From the NCBI GenBank assembly GCA_905234655.1, contig CAJOJG010000001.1:29975-93974 (forward strand): a stretch of DNA of 64,000 nucleotides, in the 5' to 3' direction. Of this stretch, positions 25,439 to 35,242 are shown one piece after another. The DNA is from an uncultured Bacteroidales bacterium (GTDB taxonomy: Bacteria; Bacteroidota; Bacteroidia; Bacteroidales; UBA3824). A program made the position numbers and the translations under genes. Below the pieces are notes generated by a model, which did no database searches, was not told the DNA's origin, and saw nothing but the letters and a program-made list of their open reading frames with translations. How positions within the stretch are numbered: position 1 is the first letter of the stretch; each line of letters opens with the position of its first letter.

Positions 25439-26479
25439 ATGAAAAATATCCTCGTATTCGCATTGTGCATGATAGTCCTGTACACGACATCGGGATGCAG
25501 CGCACAATATTCCACAAGCAAGACCGGCATGTCATTCCCGGTGCGCAACCTTCCCTCAAACTATGTCCCCGAGGGTAGGCGCACGTATAGTGTAAGTTGT
25601 GGCTTTGCACGGCAGATAAGCCCGTACATAACACCGACCGAAGTCGCCGCCCAACTCCAGCTCGACGGATGGTCGATGGTAAGCAGCCCCAACGACGCAT
25701 CTCTGCGAATAGCCGTGGACGCATACGACTTCCTCATCGAGGGAATCCACGAGGAGAGGTTCACCGAGACCGCCAACTTCCACGGCCACCTGGAGCACCG
25801 CGAGTTCTTCACGCCGGTCATCGACTACTCCGTCATCATAGAATACGCGATAGACTGTAACGGCAATAAGCAGACCTACACAAACATCGACCCCTTCACC
25901 CGCCGCGCCCCGATAAGCACATTCAGGATGGACAAGGCGTTCCCGAACCCGAGGGACTGTCACGAGTTTGTGCGCGAAAACAAGGAAGTTTTCATCGAGA
26001 AAATCGTCAGGACAGAGATTTTGGCTACGACAGCCAAGATGAACGAAAAGTTGGTTCCGGGGTTTGTATATTCGCCGACGACCGACAATATCAAGGTTGC
26101 ATTCTTCTCGTCCAAGAAAAGCCCATACTACAACAAACACCAGAGCGGACGCTCCGAAGTCCGCCAAATCGTCGAGTCCATTCCGCTCCAAGGCCCGCTG
26201 ACCGACGCTATAAAACGCCTACAGCCGTGGATTGAGCATTTTAAGGAAGTCGAGAAGTCGCTCTCGACCGCCGACAAGAAACAAAAACAGGCTAAGGCCG
26301 ACATGGTTTATAACCTGGCGATGATATACTACGCGCTCGAAATCTTCGACGTCAGCCGCGACTACGCCACGCGCTACGCCAATGAGTTCGACGCCACGAC
26401 CGGCAAACGCCTCCTCCGCAACATAAACAACACCGAGTCGGAGATGAAACGCCACCAACTTCAGTCAAGGCATTTTTAA
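25439..26479 (+). CDS. Lipoprotein of unknown function
   Basis: 346 aa with signal peptide and lipobox (LYTTSGC). I recognise no family. The C-terminal part looks helical/TPR-like. Confidence 0.6.
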   Translation: MKNILVFALCMIVLYTTSGCSAQYSTSKTGMSFPVRNLPSNYVPEGRRTYSVSCGFARQISPYITPTEVAAQLQLDGWSMVSSPNDASLRIAVDAYDFLIEGIHEERFTETANFHGHLEHREFFTPVIDYSVIIEYAIDCNGNKQTYTNIDPFTRRAPISTFRMDKAFPNPRDCHEFVRENKEVFIEKIVRTEILATTAKMNEKLVPGFVYSPTTDNIKVAFFSSKKSPYYNKHQSGRSEVRQIVESIPLQGPLTDAIKRLQPWIEHFKEVEKSLSTADKKQKQAKADMVYNLAMIYYALEIFDVSRDYATRYANEFDATTGKRLLRNINNTESEMKRHQLQSRHF

Positions 26480-26793
26480 CGAGTGCCACTCTCGTTATTG
26501 AGAGTTTTCACTTTCAACGCCCTGATTTTGCAGTCCTGATTGAGCAGCGCGCAACCTTCGCAATCGTCCAACGATGTCTCGCGGATCTTGCGGCCTTCGA
26601 TTATCTCGCGGTCAATCATCTGCTGCACCTGGTTCATGCAGTATATCCCGCGCTTTTGCATCTCCTCGTTCTCGCCGACCTCGTACTGAGGGAAGCGTTT
26701 CCTCTTGCCCCAGAATATCTGTATCCCGAGTCCCACGACGCACAGCGCAAGAATCACTGCTACCAACAAGAATGTCATCCAAAAACTATTCAT
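26476..26793 (-). CDS. Small single-pass membrane protein with C-terminal Cys-rich segment, unknown function
   Basis: 105 aa. An N-terminal TM helix (MTFLLVAVILALCVVGLGIQIFW) is followed by a basic patch and DDCEGCALLNQDC. Its stop codon overlaps the stop of the convergent gene (TTAA at 26476-26479). Confidence 0.55.
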   Translation of the reverse strand: MNSFWMTFLLVAVILALCVVGLGIQIFWGKRKRFPQYEVGENEEMQKRGIYCMNQVQQMIDREIIEGRKIRETSLDDCEGCALLNQDCKIRALKVKTLNNESGTR

Positions 26794-26846
26794 ACCTTCT
26801 TTAACAAAAATTTTTGATACGAGCCGCGCCTACGGCGCGGCATTTT

Positions 26847-29072
26847 TTAATAGTTGTCGGCGTCGAGGCGGCCGATTTTTTTGCCCTTGTCGTTGTAGAC
26901 AGTGGATTTGCCGACGCGCTCGCCCTTCTTGTATTTGCTTTGGAGCTTCAGCTTGCCATTCTCATAATAGAAAAGGCACTCGCCATGGCGACGACCGTCC
27001 TCATACTGGATTTTGGACTTCATGTTGCCATTACGGTAATACTCAACATAATAGCCGTCGATTTTGTCCATGTCGAACTCCACTTCAGCCAACTTCGTCT
27101 CCTTCCTGCTGTCATAATAGAAATACGCCTTGCCGTTGAGGTAGCCCTGCATGTAATTAGCCGCGACAAAGACATTGCCATCGGGATAATGAGTGCGCCA
27201 GATGCCGTTGACCTGGTGGTTAGAGATATTTCCATCATACTGCGCGACAGTGCTGCTGTCAAAATTGATTGTCAACGGGCCGTCGGAGACCGACATCGTG
27301 TCGGGTATGACGACCTTGAACTTCAACGAATCGATGTCGATGACACCAGCCGAAGCCTCCGCCATGCTTTCGGCGAGCAGGGCGATGTCCTCCTGGTTTG
27401 CGGACGAGTCATATTGGATTGCCAACTTGCTGCGGAACATTCCATTGTTGTTAGTCAACTGGAAGCCGAAGCGCGCAAAACTGTTGATGAGCTCGCGGTT
27501 TTTCTCGATGTCGGGCTTTATGTCGGCAGGCGAATATTTGAGGAGTGTCTCGTACATCCTCGGGGTCTGGATATAGGCAGTGAGGTTGGCCTTATTGTCA
27601 AAGCTTTCCTTAAAGTCAGCGAACTTGGTGCTCTTAACCATCGTGCGGCCCATCAGGTAGTCGTCGATAATCTGTTGGACGACTTCCTTTGAATTTGCGA
27701 ACACCACAAAATCCTCAATGAACGTGAAATACGGCTTTTCGACCTTTGAGAACAGTTTTCCGAAAAACATCTTGAAAAAGCCCTTGATTTCGAGATATTG
27801 GATTGTGAAATTGCGGTACTGGTCTTCCTTGAACTTTAACGGCGTGCGCTTCTTGATGTGGGTTGTGATATTGCCGAGGCGCGCCTTCGCCTTGTCGATA
27901 TTATCGGCGGCGATGATGACCGCAGCGTCTATGTCACGCGACTTTTCGGAGAGCGGACGCAGTTTGGCAATCGTGATTTCGTTGCCAATCCAGCCAAGGA
28001 AATCGTCCTTAATGCTGAAGCCGAGGAGTTTTTCGGTGGTCTTCATTATCTTCTGCATGTCGTCCCAGTCCTTCTTATTACCACGGGCGTATTCGGCGGT
28101 CAACTCGTCGTAAAACTTGTTGAAGTCATTGAAAGACAATGCCAAATACACGGCGGTCTGGTCGGAAAGGATATTGAAGGCGCGGGTCTTGCCGGTGCCG
28201 ACGTTTGAAAAAGCGCGGAGGTACGAGTAGACCGAATCGAGGGAAGTATTGCCGCTCAGGACAATCTCGTCGTCGTACAAGTCAAGGCTCATCACAGAAT
28301 ACACAAGCGACTCGGAGAGCATGTCCACAGACTCGCTCGGCTCGGTGGAGTACATCGAGTAGAGTTTGGGAATGCGCTTGTAGTTAAGGAAAAGCTTGAT
28401 GAGATTGTTGCCGGTAAGGTCGCTGCTCACAAGGCGGAAGTTCTCGTTTGAAGTCCAGTATCCATTGTTGAATTTTTCGAGGACACGGTACAGGAGCTGC
28501 TTGTCAAGGCTGATGATTAAGAGATTGTCAGCCAGGGTGATGTGAATCATAAACGAGAGGTCTTCCTTGTCGCGGAGGGTGTAGATGGTGTAGGTATCGC
28601 CATTCTCGCCGCCACACGAATATGTATTCTGAGAAGCCGTATAGCCACTGACAAGTTTGAGCGAGCCGGAAAGTTCGTCAAAATATTGTGAAAACTCCTG
28701 AAGGTCAGCCAAGTAAACCATGTCCCACGAGTCCTTTCCATTATCAAGCCCGGCGATAAGGAGTTCGCGGTTCTTAAGCATACGGCTTGTCAATGCGCTT
28801 TGGTTCAAGAACTTATCGACAAGTTCAATATCCTCGTTAAGGTCTGCGAAATATTCAGTAGTCTTCAGGTATGCCCAAAAGTTGCTCTTGCTCAAGTCCG
28901 TCCATGCCTTCGAGAGGTCGGACGTCGCCGCCACAAATATCGCGTCGTCGGGCACAGCCTGGAACGCCTGCACCTCGCCTTTGGGGTTCAGGAAATGGTG
29001 GTATGCCCAGTATGCCACGCCGCATAATGCGATTATGGCAAGTACGATAAACAGTTTTTTAAGGAATTTCAT
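26847..29072 (-). CDS. Membrane-anchored DUF3352-like protein with C-terminal MORN/YwqK-type repeats
   Basis: The start is set at ATG 29072 (MKFLKKLFIVLAIIALCGVAYWAY, a signal anchor). The C-terminal repeats are NGIWRTHYPDGN, DGYYVEYYRNGNMKSKIQYEDGRRHGECLFYYENGKLKLQSKYKKGERVGKSTVY. Confidence 0.7.
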   Translation of the reverse strand: MKFLKKLFIVLAIIALCGVAYWAYHHFLNPKGEVQAFQAVPDDAIFVAATSDLSKAWTDLSKSNFWAYLKTTEYFADLNEDIELVDKFLNQSALTSRMLKNRELLIAGLDNGKDSWDMVYLADLQEFSQYFDELSGSLKLVSGYTASQNTYSCGGENGDTYTIYTLRDKEDLSFMIHITLADNLLIISLDKQLLYRVLEKFNNGYWTSNENFRLVSSDLTGNNLIKLFLNYKRIPKLYSMYSTEPSESVDMLSESLVYSVMSLDLYDDEIVLSGNTSLDSVYSYLRAFSNVGTGKTRAFNILSDQTAVYLALSFNDFNKFYDELTAEYARGNKKDWDDMQKIMKTTEKLLGFSIKDDFLGWIGNEITIAKLRPLSEKSRDIDAAVIIAADNIDKAKARLGNITTHIKKRTPLKFKEDQYRNFTIQYLEIKGFFKMFFGKLFSKVEKPYFTFIEDFVVFANSKEVVQQIIDDYLMGRTMVKSTKFADFKESFDNKANLTAYIQTPRMYETLLKYSPADIKPDIEKNRELINSFARFGFQLTNNNGMFRSKLAIQYDSSANQEDIALLAESMAEASAGVIDIDSLKFKVVIPDTMSVSDGPLTINFDSSTVAQYDGNISNHQVNGIWRTHYPDGNVFVAANYMQGYLNGKAYFYYDSRKETKLAEVEFDMDKIDGYYVEYYRNGNMKSKIQYEDGRRHGECLFYYENGKLKLQSKYKKGERVGKSTVYNDKGKKIGRLDADNY

Positions 29073-29173
29073 CTCATGTAAAAATTGTATGTTTGTATTT
29101 GGACGCAAAGATAATTGTTTTTTATGTTTTTAATAACAAAGATTTTGTATAATTTTGCGTAAATTTAATACCG

Positions 29174-29638
29174 ATGTTAGGAGTCAACAGGATAATTTTG
29201 GTGGGCACAGTCGGGCGCGACCCCGAGACCCGCTACATAGGCCCCGGCGCGTCGTTCAGCAGGTTTTCGGTATGCACGACCGAAATCGTGGGCGGTGCGG
29301 GCGGCAGTCAGGTTGAGGAGACCGAATGGCACGAGGTAGTCTCGTGGCGCGGCCTCTCGTCATACGTGTCCCAATATGTGAAAAAAGGCGACACCGTCGA
29401 AGTGGACGGCAAGCTGAAGTCGCGCTACGTAAGCCGTGGCGAGGGCGGGCGCCGCGTGTACGAGGTCATTGCGTCCAATGTGAGGGTTCTCGCGCGCAGC
29501 AAGGCAAACGCCTCCACGCCCACGCCGGCCATTGAGAAGGAGGAGGCTGAACCTGCCATAGGCAGCGGTCTGCCAGGGTTCGACATCGAGAATATCCCCG
29601 TCAATCTCAAGGGCGACGGCGACAGTTTACCATTTTGA
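29174..29638 (+). CDS. ssb: Single-stranded DNA-binding protein
   Basis: 154 aa. The OB fold begins NRIILVGTVGRDPETRY with TEWHEVVSW. The acidic C-terminal tip ends DGDSLPF. Confidence 0.9.
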   Translation: MLGVNRIILVGTVGRDPETRYIGPGASFSRFSVCTTEIVGGAGGSQVEETEWHEVVSWRGLSSYVSQYVKKGDTVEVDGKLKSRYVSRGEGGRRVYEVIASNVRVLARSKANASTPTPAIEKEEAEPAIGSGLPGFDIENIPVNLKGDGDSLPF

Positions 29639-29644
29639 AAAAGG

Positions 29645-30958
29645 ATGATGAATATTAACATTTTGCTCGGCATTTCGATTATAACACCGCTTGACCCATA
29701 CGCATGGGCGCCGGTGGCGGTTGGGCTTGTTGCACTGACGACGACATGCCTGTTGTCGCTGCTGTCGGGCGCTGTGGACGGCATTTCGGAATCGGAAGCC
29801 AAGATACTGCACAACGGCAAGTCGGGACACGACCGCCGGATTTACAGGTTCTACAAGCGCAAGGAAAAAGTAAAAGCATCGCTGTCGACGGCCGAGACCT
29901 TCGGCTCGCTGTTGACGGTGATATGCGCGTTTTCACTTTTAAGATGCTCACCGGCAGGGTATGACGGACATTTTGCAGTGTTCGACATAAGCGACTCGCC
30001 AGTCTCAGGCTCCATATTATTCTTCGTAGTCATGGCGTTCATCCTTGTCATAACCATCATCGTGCCGGTCAGGATGCTCGACGACACGCGGCGCGACAAG
30101 ATTTTGGTGAGGTTCGGGTGGCTCGTGGAGATGCTGTGCAGGCTCACTGGCGCGGTAAGTTTCGCAGACGCATACTCCAACCACAACGACGAGGAGACCA
30201 ACGGGCAACTGACCGCCGCCATCGGGACATCGCCCGACAAGGAGGTCGAAAACGGCGTGATGATCCGTAACATCCTCCAGTTCGGCGACATCGAGGTGCG
30301 CGAGATAATGACACCGAGGCACGAGATTGTGGCGATAGGGCGCGACGAGCCTTTCTCAAAACTCAAATCAAGGATTTTGGAGAGCAACTTTTCACGCATT
30401 CCGGTTTTTGAGAACAGCACGGACAACATTTTTGGCATAATCTACGTAAAAGACCTGATAAAATACATCTCCTGCGGCGACGACTTCACATGGACAAAAC
30501 TTGTGCGCGAAATAAAGTTTGTGCCTGAAAACAAGAAGATTTCTGACCTCTTGAACGAGTTCCAGCAGAAGAAGACCCACATGGCGGCGGTTTGCGACGA
30601 GTATGGCGGAGTGTCGGGGCTTATAACGATGCAGGACATCTTGGAGCAGATTGTCGGCGAAATCAGCGACGAGTTTGACACCGACGAGGTCAAGCAGTTC
30701 CGCAAGGTCGGCGACAATCACTACCTCTGCGACGGCAGGATTACGTTAGACGACTTTTGCCACGAAATGGGCATCGAGGACACATACTTCGACGATGCAA
30801 AGGGCGACGCGGAATCGTTGGCAGGCCTGCTGCTCGAAATCCGTGGCGAATTTCCCTCGCCCGGCGAGAAAATCACGTTCCGCTCCCTGACATTCTCCGT
30901 CGAGTCGTTCACCGGACGACGGATTGAAAAGATTGGCGTGAGGACAGTGAAACAGTGA
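29645..30958 (+). CDS. gldE: CNNM/CorC-type membrane protein (DUF21-CBS pair-CorC_HlyC), GldE homolog
   Basis: 437 aa with N-terminal TM helices, a CBS pair (VREIMTPRHEIVAI...; ISDLLNEFQQKKTHMAAVCDEYGGVSGLITMQDILEQIVGEI) and a C-terminal transporter-associated domain. It shows the conserved ssb-gldE-gldD synteny. Confidence 0.75.
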   Translation: MMNINILLGISIITPLDPYAWAPVAVGLVALTTTCLLSLLSGAVDGISESEAKILHNGKSGHDRRIYRFYKRKEKVKASLSTAETFGSLLTVICAFSLLRCSPAGYDGHFAVFDISDSPVSGSILFFVVMAFILVITIIVPVRMLDDTRRDKILVRFGWLVEMLCRLTGAVSFADAYSNHNDEETNGQLTAAIGTSPDKEVENGVMIRNILQFGDIEVREIMTPRHEIVAIGRDEPFSKLKSRILESNFSRIPVFENSTDNIFGIIYVKDLIKYISCGDDFTWTKLVREIKFVPENKKISDLLNEFQQKKTHMAAVCDEYGGVSGLITMQDILEQIVGEISDEFDTDEVKQFRKVGDNHYLCDGRITLDDFCHEMGIEDTYFDDAKGDAESLAGLLLEIRGEFPSPGEKITFRSLTFSVESFTGRRIEKIGVRTVKQ

Positions 30959-31023
30959 TTGCAGCATTGAAAATCGCTTTAATTCGTTACAATTCGTTTT
31001 AATTTTTGTTTTAAAGAAAAACA

Positions 31024-31599
31024 ATGAAGAAGAAGATTTTGCTATTAACGGCAATTATCGTCATGGTAATATCGTGCGGCGAAACTCCGGTGCCAAAGCC
31101 GAGGGGATATTTCAGGGTGACATTCCCTGAAAAGGTGTACACCGCCGTTGCGGACAGCCTTGCCCTGCCGTACAGTTTTGACTTTCCACAATATTGCGTC
31201 ATGGAGCGTGAAAAATCGCGCGGCGCGGAGCGTTACTGGACAAACATGGTCTACCCTACCCTCAATGCAAAAGTACATCTGAGTTTCAAGTTTTTGGACA
31301 GGAACTTGGACACGCTGATCGAGGACTCCCACACCCTGGCGTACAAGCACACCGTGAAGGCGGAGGCGATTGAAAAAATTGCATACGCGAACGACACTAC
31401 CAGCGTCTACGGGCTTTTGTACAACATAAAGGGCAATGTCGCAAGCCCGGTGCAATTCTACATTACCGACAGCACAAGGCATTTCCTGAGAGGGTCGCTA
31501 TACTTTAATTGCACACCGAACAAGGACTCGCTCGCGCCGTCCGTGGAGTTCATAAGGCAGGACGTCGAAAGGCTGTTCGAGACATTGACCTGGAAGTAG
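31024..31599 (+). CDS. gldD: GldD-like lipoprotein
   Basis: 191 aa. The lipobox is VISCGE, followed by PVPKPRGYFRVTFPEKVY, which resembles the GldD N-terminus. It is adjacent to gldE. Confidence 0.65.
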   Translation: MKKKILLLTAIIVMVISCGETPVPKPRGYFRVTFPEKVYTAVADSLALPYSFDFPQYCVMEREKSRGAERYWTNMVYPTLNAKVHLSFKFLDRNLDTLIEDSHTLAYKHTVKAEAIEKIAYANDTTSVYGLLYNIKGNVASPVQFYITDSTRHFLRGSLYFNCTPNKDSLAPSVEFIRQDVERLFETLTWK

Positions 31600-31604
31600 A
31601 CATC

Positions 31605-32267
31605 ATGCTGATTACCACCGAAATACCGCTGGAACTGAATGTCATCGGCACAGAAATTGCATTCTGGAAGCTGGAAGAAAGCGCAGAAACGTTATACGCG
31701 GAGGCCGAACCATTCCTGACGGACGACGAAAAACATTCGTTCGCCACGTTCAAGAATGAGCGGCGGCGACGTGAATGGCTTGCGACGCGGCTGACTGTCA
31801 AGTCTGTACTTGGACACTACCCAGGCATAATTTACGACGGCGGTAAGCCTCATCTTGGCGGTCAATTTGGCGAGAATAAACACATCAGCATAACGCACAC
31901 CGACGGGCTTGTGGGAATCGCCATCTCCGACAATCCCAACATCGGCATCGACCTTGAACGCATGACGCCACGCATATTGCGCATAAAACATAAGTTCTTG
32001 AACGCAAACGAATTTGATTATATTGACGGCGACGGACTGAGCCATCTGCTATATATACAATGGTGTGCAAAGGAGGCGATGTACAAGGCCGTCAACGTCA
32101 ATAATTACGACTACCAAAACACATACACTCTGCCCCTCTTCCGCTACGACGGCTCGCCAAACGGCATCGCAAAAGGCCGCGTAATCATGGACGACGGCTC
32201 GGCGATTTACTTGGATGTCAAGTACTTCGAGATTGACGGGTGTATGTGCTGCATCGCAGCAAAATGA
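31605..32267 (+). CDS. 4'-phosphopantetheinyl transferase (Sfp type)
   Basis: The start is set at ATG 31605, giving 220 aa. Motifs are RRREWLATRLTVKSVL, ISITHTDGLVGIAIS and GIDLE...FSAKEAxYK-like (WCAKEAMYKA). Confidence 0.8.
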   Translation: MLITTEIPLELNVIGTEIAFWKLEESAETLYAEAEPFLTDDEKHSFATFKNERRRREWLATRLTVKSVLGHYPGIIYDGGKPHLGGQFGENKHISITHTDGLVGIAISDNPNIGIDLERMTPRILRIKHKFLNANEFDYIDGDGLSHLLYIQWCAKEAMYKAVNVNNYDYQNTYTLPLFRYDGSPNGIAKGRVIMDDGSAIYLDVKYFEIDGCMCCIAAK

Positions 32268-32287
32268 CATAAAAAAACTAAAAATAA

Positions 32288-32833
32288 ATGCAAGACAATT
32301 ATAAATACATCTCGGAACGTGAAAAGGCAGTCTTGGAATACTTGGACGGCCACGGAATCCAGTTCTCGAACTACACTCACCCCGAAGGGAAAAACATCGA
32401 GGAGGCCAAACGGTGGTGGAAGGACGACGGCTCTGTGCACTGCAAGAACCTCTTTTTCCGTAACCACAAGGGCAACAAGCATTACCTTGTGTGTTTCCAC
32501 TGCGACCATGACCTCGACATACACGACCTCGAGCAGCGGCTTAAGGCATCGCTCGTCGCGCAGGGGCTTCCCTCATGCGGCAAACTGTCATTCGCCTCGC
32601 CGGAAAGGATGATGAAGTACCTCGGGCTCGAGCCGGGCAGCGTGTCGCCCTTCGGACTTATCAACGACACCGACCACCACGTCCACCTCTTCCTCGACGA
32701 GAACCTCAAGGACGTGCCGTCGCTCTCGTTCCACCCAAACGACTGCCGTGGCACGGTGGTAATCTCCAACGCCGACTTTGCACGGTACCTCCAATGCGTC
32801 GGAAATACATTCGAGTACATCAAATTATATTGA
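32288..32833 (+). CDS. YbaK/ProX-type aminoacyl-tRNA editing domain protein
   Basis: 181 aa. Motifs are CKNLFFRNHKGNKHYLV, GLEPGSVSPFGL and LSFHPNDCRGTVVIS, typical of prolyl-tRNA synthetase-associated deacylases. Confidence 0.75.
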   Translation: MQDNYKYISEREKAVLEYLDGHGIQFSNYTHPEGKNIEEAKRWWKDDGSVHCKNLFFRNHKGNKHYLVCFHCDHDLDIHDLEQRLKASLVAQGLPSCGKLSFASPERMMKYLGLEPGSVSPFGLINDTDHHVHLFLDENLKDVPSLSFHPNDCRGTVVISNADFARYLQCVGNTFEYIKLY

Positions 32834-32911
32834 TTTTTTCGAAATCACTTGGCGGTTTCAATAAAAATAGCGACTTTTGTAGCGTTAAAAAATAATATAT
32901 GGAGTAAATAT

Positions 32912-33616
32912 ATGGCAAACATCTACGAAACATATTTTAGCAAGGGCGGCAACAAGATAGCAGTGCTCCTCGACCCTGACAAACTCAACGCCGGAAGCGT
33001 CCTCAAACTTTCGGAAAAAATAGAACAGTCGCCGGCCGACTTCATCATGGTCGGCGGCAGCCTTGTGACGACTTCGGTCCCGTCGGTCGTAAAGGCCATA
33101 AAGAGCGTCTCGAAAAAGCCCGTGGTGCTATTCCCCGGCAGCTCGACCCAGTTATGCGCGGAGGCAGACGCACTCCTATTGCTCAGCCTCGTATCGGGCA
33201 GGAATCCCGAATACCTCATCGGCGAACATGTAAAGTCGTCGTACAGCATAATGAAATCGGGCATAGAGGTAATATCGACGGCATACGTGCTTATAGACGG
33301 CGGCACGGTGACGTCAGTCCAGTACGTCAGCAACACCATGCCAATCCCGGCAAGCAAGATAGACCTCGCAGTCGCCACGGCACTCGCCGGAGAACAGATA
33401 GGCATGAAGAACATATACCTCGAAGCCGGCAGCGGCGCACGCAACCCCGTGCCGCACGACACGATACGCGCCGTAGCGTCCGTGTGCAAGTCGCCAATAA
33501 TGGTCGGCGGCGGGCTTAAGTCGATGTCAGACATCGCAAAATCCTTCTATGCCGGAGCGGACATCGCCGTAGTAGGCACGGCATTCGAGCAAAACCCGGA
33601 CTTTTTCAAGAGATAG
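32912..33616 (+). CDS. Geranylgeranylglyceryl/heptaprenylglyceryl phosphate synthase family protein (PcrB/GGGPS)
   Basis: The start is set at ATG 32912, giving 234 aa. It has a TIM-barrel pattern with FIMVGGS, LFPGS, IYLEAGSGA and MVGGGLKS motifs. Confidence 0.75.
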   Translation: MANIYETYFSKGGNKIAVLLDPDKLNAGSVLKLSEKIEQSPADFIMVGGSLVTTSVPSVVKAIKSVSKKPVVLFPGSSTQLCAEADALLLLSLVSGRNPEYLIGEHVKSSYSIMKSGIEVISTAYVLIDGGTVTSVQYVSNTMPIPASKIDLAVATALAGEQIGMKNIYLEAGSGARNPVPHDTIRAVASVCKSPIMVGGGLKSMSDIAKSFYAGADIAVVGTAFEQNPDFFKR

Positions 33617-33761
33617 CCGCCACCTTTAACAGCGTGTAGCACAATGGCTTGCGGCAGCGGCGGCAATATTATGAAAAAATATTTGAAAAAAAATGGCTGC
33701 GGTATCAAAAAAATGCGTACATTAGCCTTGTGAATTATTAACTTTAATCATAAACATAAAA

Positions 33762-34115
33762 ATGGCAGAAATCACATCAATTTACGGCCTCGACGTGGAG
33801 ACCATCAAGAAACTCCAGACAAAGATTGGCGTCAAGGCAGACGGCATGATCGGCCCCAAGACTGTAACGGCTTTGCAGGCATTCCTCAACCAAAACGGCG
33901 CATCGCTGAGCGTAGACGGAAAGCTCGGCCCCAAGACAATCAAGGCCCTCCAGGAATACATCGGCGCAGAGGCTGACGGCGCATTCGGCGACGAGAGCGC
34001 ATCCAAGCTCGCCTTCAAGCTCATGGAGAACGAAGACGGCGAGAAGATCGTCTCGACAGAGAACGACCTCGAGAACATCTTCAAGCAGCAGTTCAAGGAC
34101 GCAGGCCTCGCATAA
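33762..34115 (+). CDS. Small protein with two peptidoglycan-binding (PG_binding_1-like) repeats
   Basis: 117 aa. The repeats are LQTKIGVKADGMIGPKTVTALQAFL and SVDGKLGPKTIKALQEYIGAEADGAFG. I see no signal peptide. Confidence 0.65.
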   Translation: MAEITSIYGLDVETIKKLQTKIGVKADGMIGPKTVTALQAFLNQNGASLSVDGKLGPKTIKALQEYIGAEADGAFGDESASKLAFKLMENEDGEKIVSTENDLENIFKQQFKDAGLA

Positions 34116-34144
34116 ACGGCACTCGACCAAGACGTCATACAAAT

Positions 34145-34181
34145 AAAAAAACTCCGCTTCGATACGAAACGGAGTTTTTTA
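34145..34181. terminator. Bidirectional intrinsic terminator
   Basis: An A-run is followed by the stem ACTCCGCTTCG / CGAAACGGAGT (one mismatch) and a T-run. It lies between convergent genes. Confidence 0.8.
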
Positions 34182-34205
34182 TTATTTGATATTTCCAGTC
34201 AAGAA

Positions 34206-34865
34206 TTACTCGCGGTTGCTGTCCTTACGAGTCATCGGAATCTTAGCGTCGCCGTTCTTGAGAGTGAGGTTAGTGTCATCGATAGCCTCAACCTGCCAGG
34301 GCGAGAACATTGTGCCGTTTTCGTTAGCGATTTCGAACTCGATTGTGTTGTCGTCGACAATCCTCCAAGACTTGAAGTTAGTGCCCTTCATTGTGGTCTT
34401 CATCTTGCCATTCTTACGGAGTTCGAAAGTGATTTTGTCACCTTCAGTAGCCCACTTGCCGAGGAGCTTCTTGTAGTTCTTAGCGAGCGAAGCAGACTTG
34501 GAGTCGTTAGTAGCGGTCTTCTTTGTGCCGTTGTCGTCGATGTACTTAACTTCGATGAGCGCGCCTTCGATGAGCTCGTCGTCAGCGTTGGCGATCTTTA
34601 CCTTAACTTCCTCGCCGTCCTTGTTGACGATAGTAACGACGTCACCATCGATAGACTTGATCCAGCCCTTGAATGTGGTGGCCTTCTCGAGGTTGATTTC
34701 GTCCTGCGACTTAGCAGGGGTGGCGGTAGCGGGAGCCTCGGTAGCGGCGGCTTCAGTAGAAGCGGCATCGGTGGTAGCGTCAGCAGCCTTGTTGTTGTTT
34801 GACTTGCAAGAAGCCAATGTGAATGCTGCGAGAGCAGCGACTGTCAAAATGTGTGTAAGTTTCAT
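34206..34865 (-). CDS. Lipoprotein with Ala/Thr-rich linker and lipocalin-like C-terminal domain
   Basis: 219 aa with lipobox LASC and a low-complexity linker (AADATTDAASTEAAATEAPATATPA). The C-terminal part is LLGKWATEGDKITFELRKNGKM...WRIVDDNTIEF. Confidence 0.65.
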   Translation of the reverse strand: MKLTHILTVAALAAFTLASCKSNNNKAADATTDAASTEAAATEAPATATPAKSQDEINLEKATTFKGWIKSIDGDVVTIVNKDGEEVKVKIANADDELIEGALIEVKYIDDNGTKKTATNDSKSASLAKNYKKLLGKWATEGDKITFELRKNGKMKTTMKGTNFKSWRIVDDNTIEFEIANENGTMFSPWQVEAIDDTNLTLKNGDAKIPMTRKDSNRE

Positions 34866-35229
34866 AGTGAATTTAATTATTGTTTACAAATTACGCCGCA
34901 AAATTATTCATTAGTTTTGGCTTTAACAAATTTTTGGATTTATTTTTTATGTTAAGTTTTTATTTCGCGGCAGCAATATGGCATCCGACTTCTATCCTAT
35001 GGCTCGGTACCTTGATGCCCTGTACGACGTTGTTCCATAAAATAATGGAACGGTATTTTTTCCCACGAATCTACGTTGTATATGTCGTGGATTGAATCGC
35101 CTTTGTGCGTCAAACAGTTACAAGTGTAAAACAACCTAATCGTGTCGTCCCTGACCACATACGCAGTGTCCCAACTATTGACAATCTCGTACAGCATTTT
35201 GCAACATAATTCTCGAAAATGTCCCGTGC

Positions 35230-35242
35230 TGCAAACGTTTGA
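35230..35242. promoter_or_regulatory. Operator-like palindrome TGCAAACGTTTGA upstream of the MFS transporter gene
   Basis: It has the same CAAACGTTTG core as the two sites at 39102-39128. It lies 90 nt upstream of the ATG at 35332. The form matches LacI-family operators (central CG, AAnCGnTT). Confidence 0.5.

Noticed and set aside
26814-27692. 292-aa ORF on the plus strand, plus other long antisense ORFs (1191-1913, 1965-2669, 7293-7958, 15002-15508, 18313-18939, 25556-26191, 48953-49594, 51775-52452, 54148-54819)
   Set aside because: Each lies fully inside a longer opposite-strand gene with clear family motifs. These are typical shadow ORFs.
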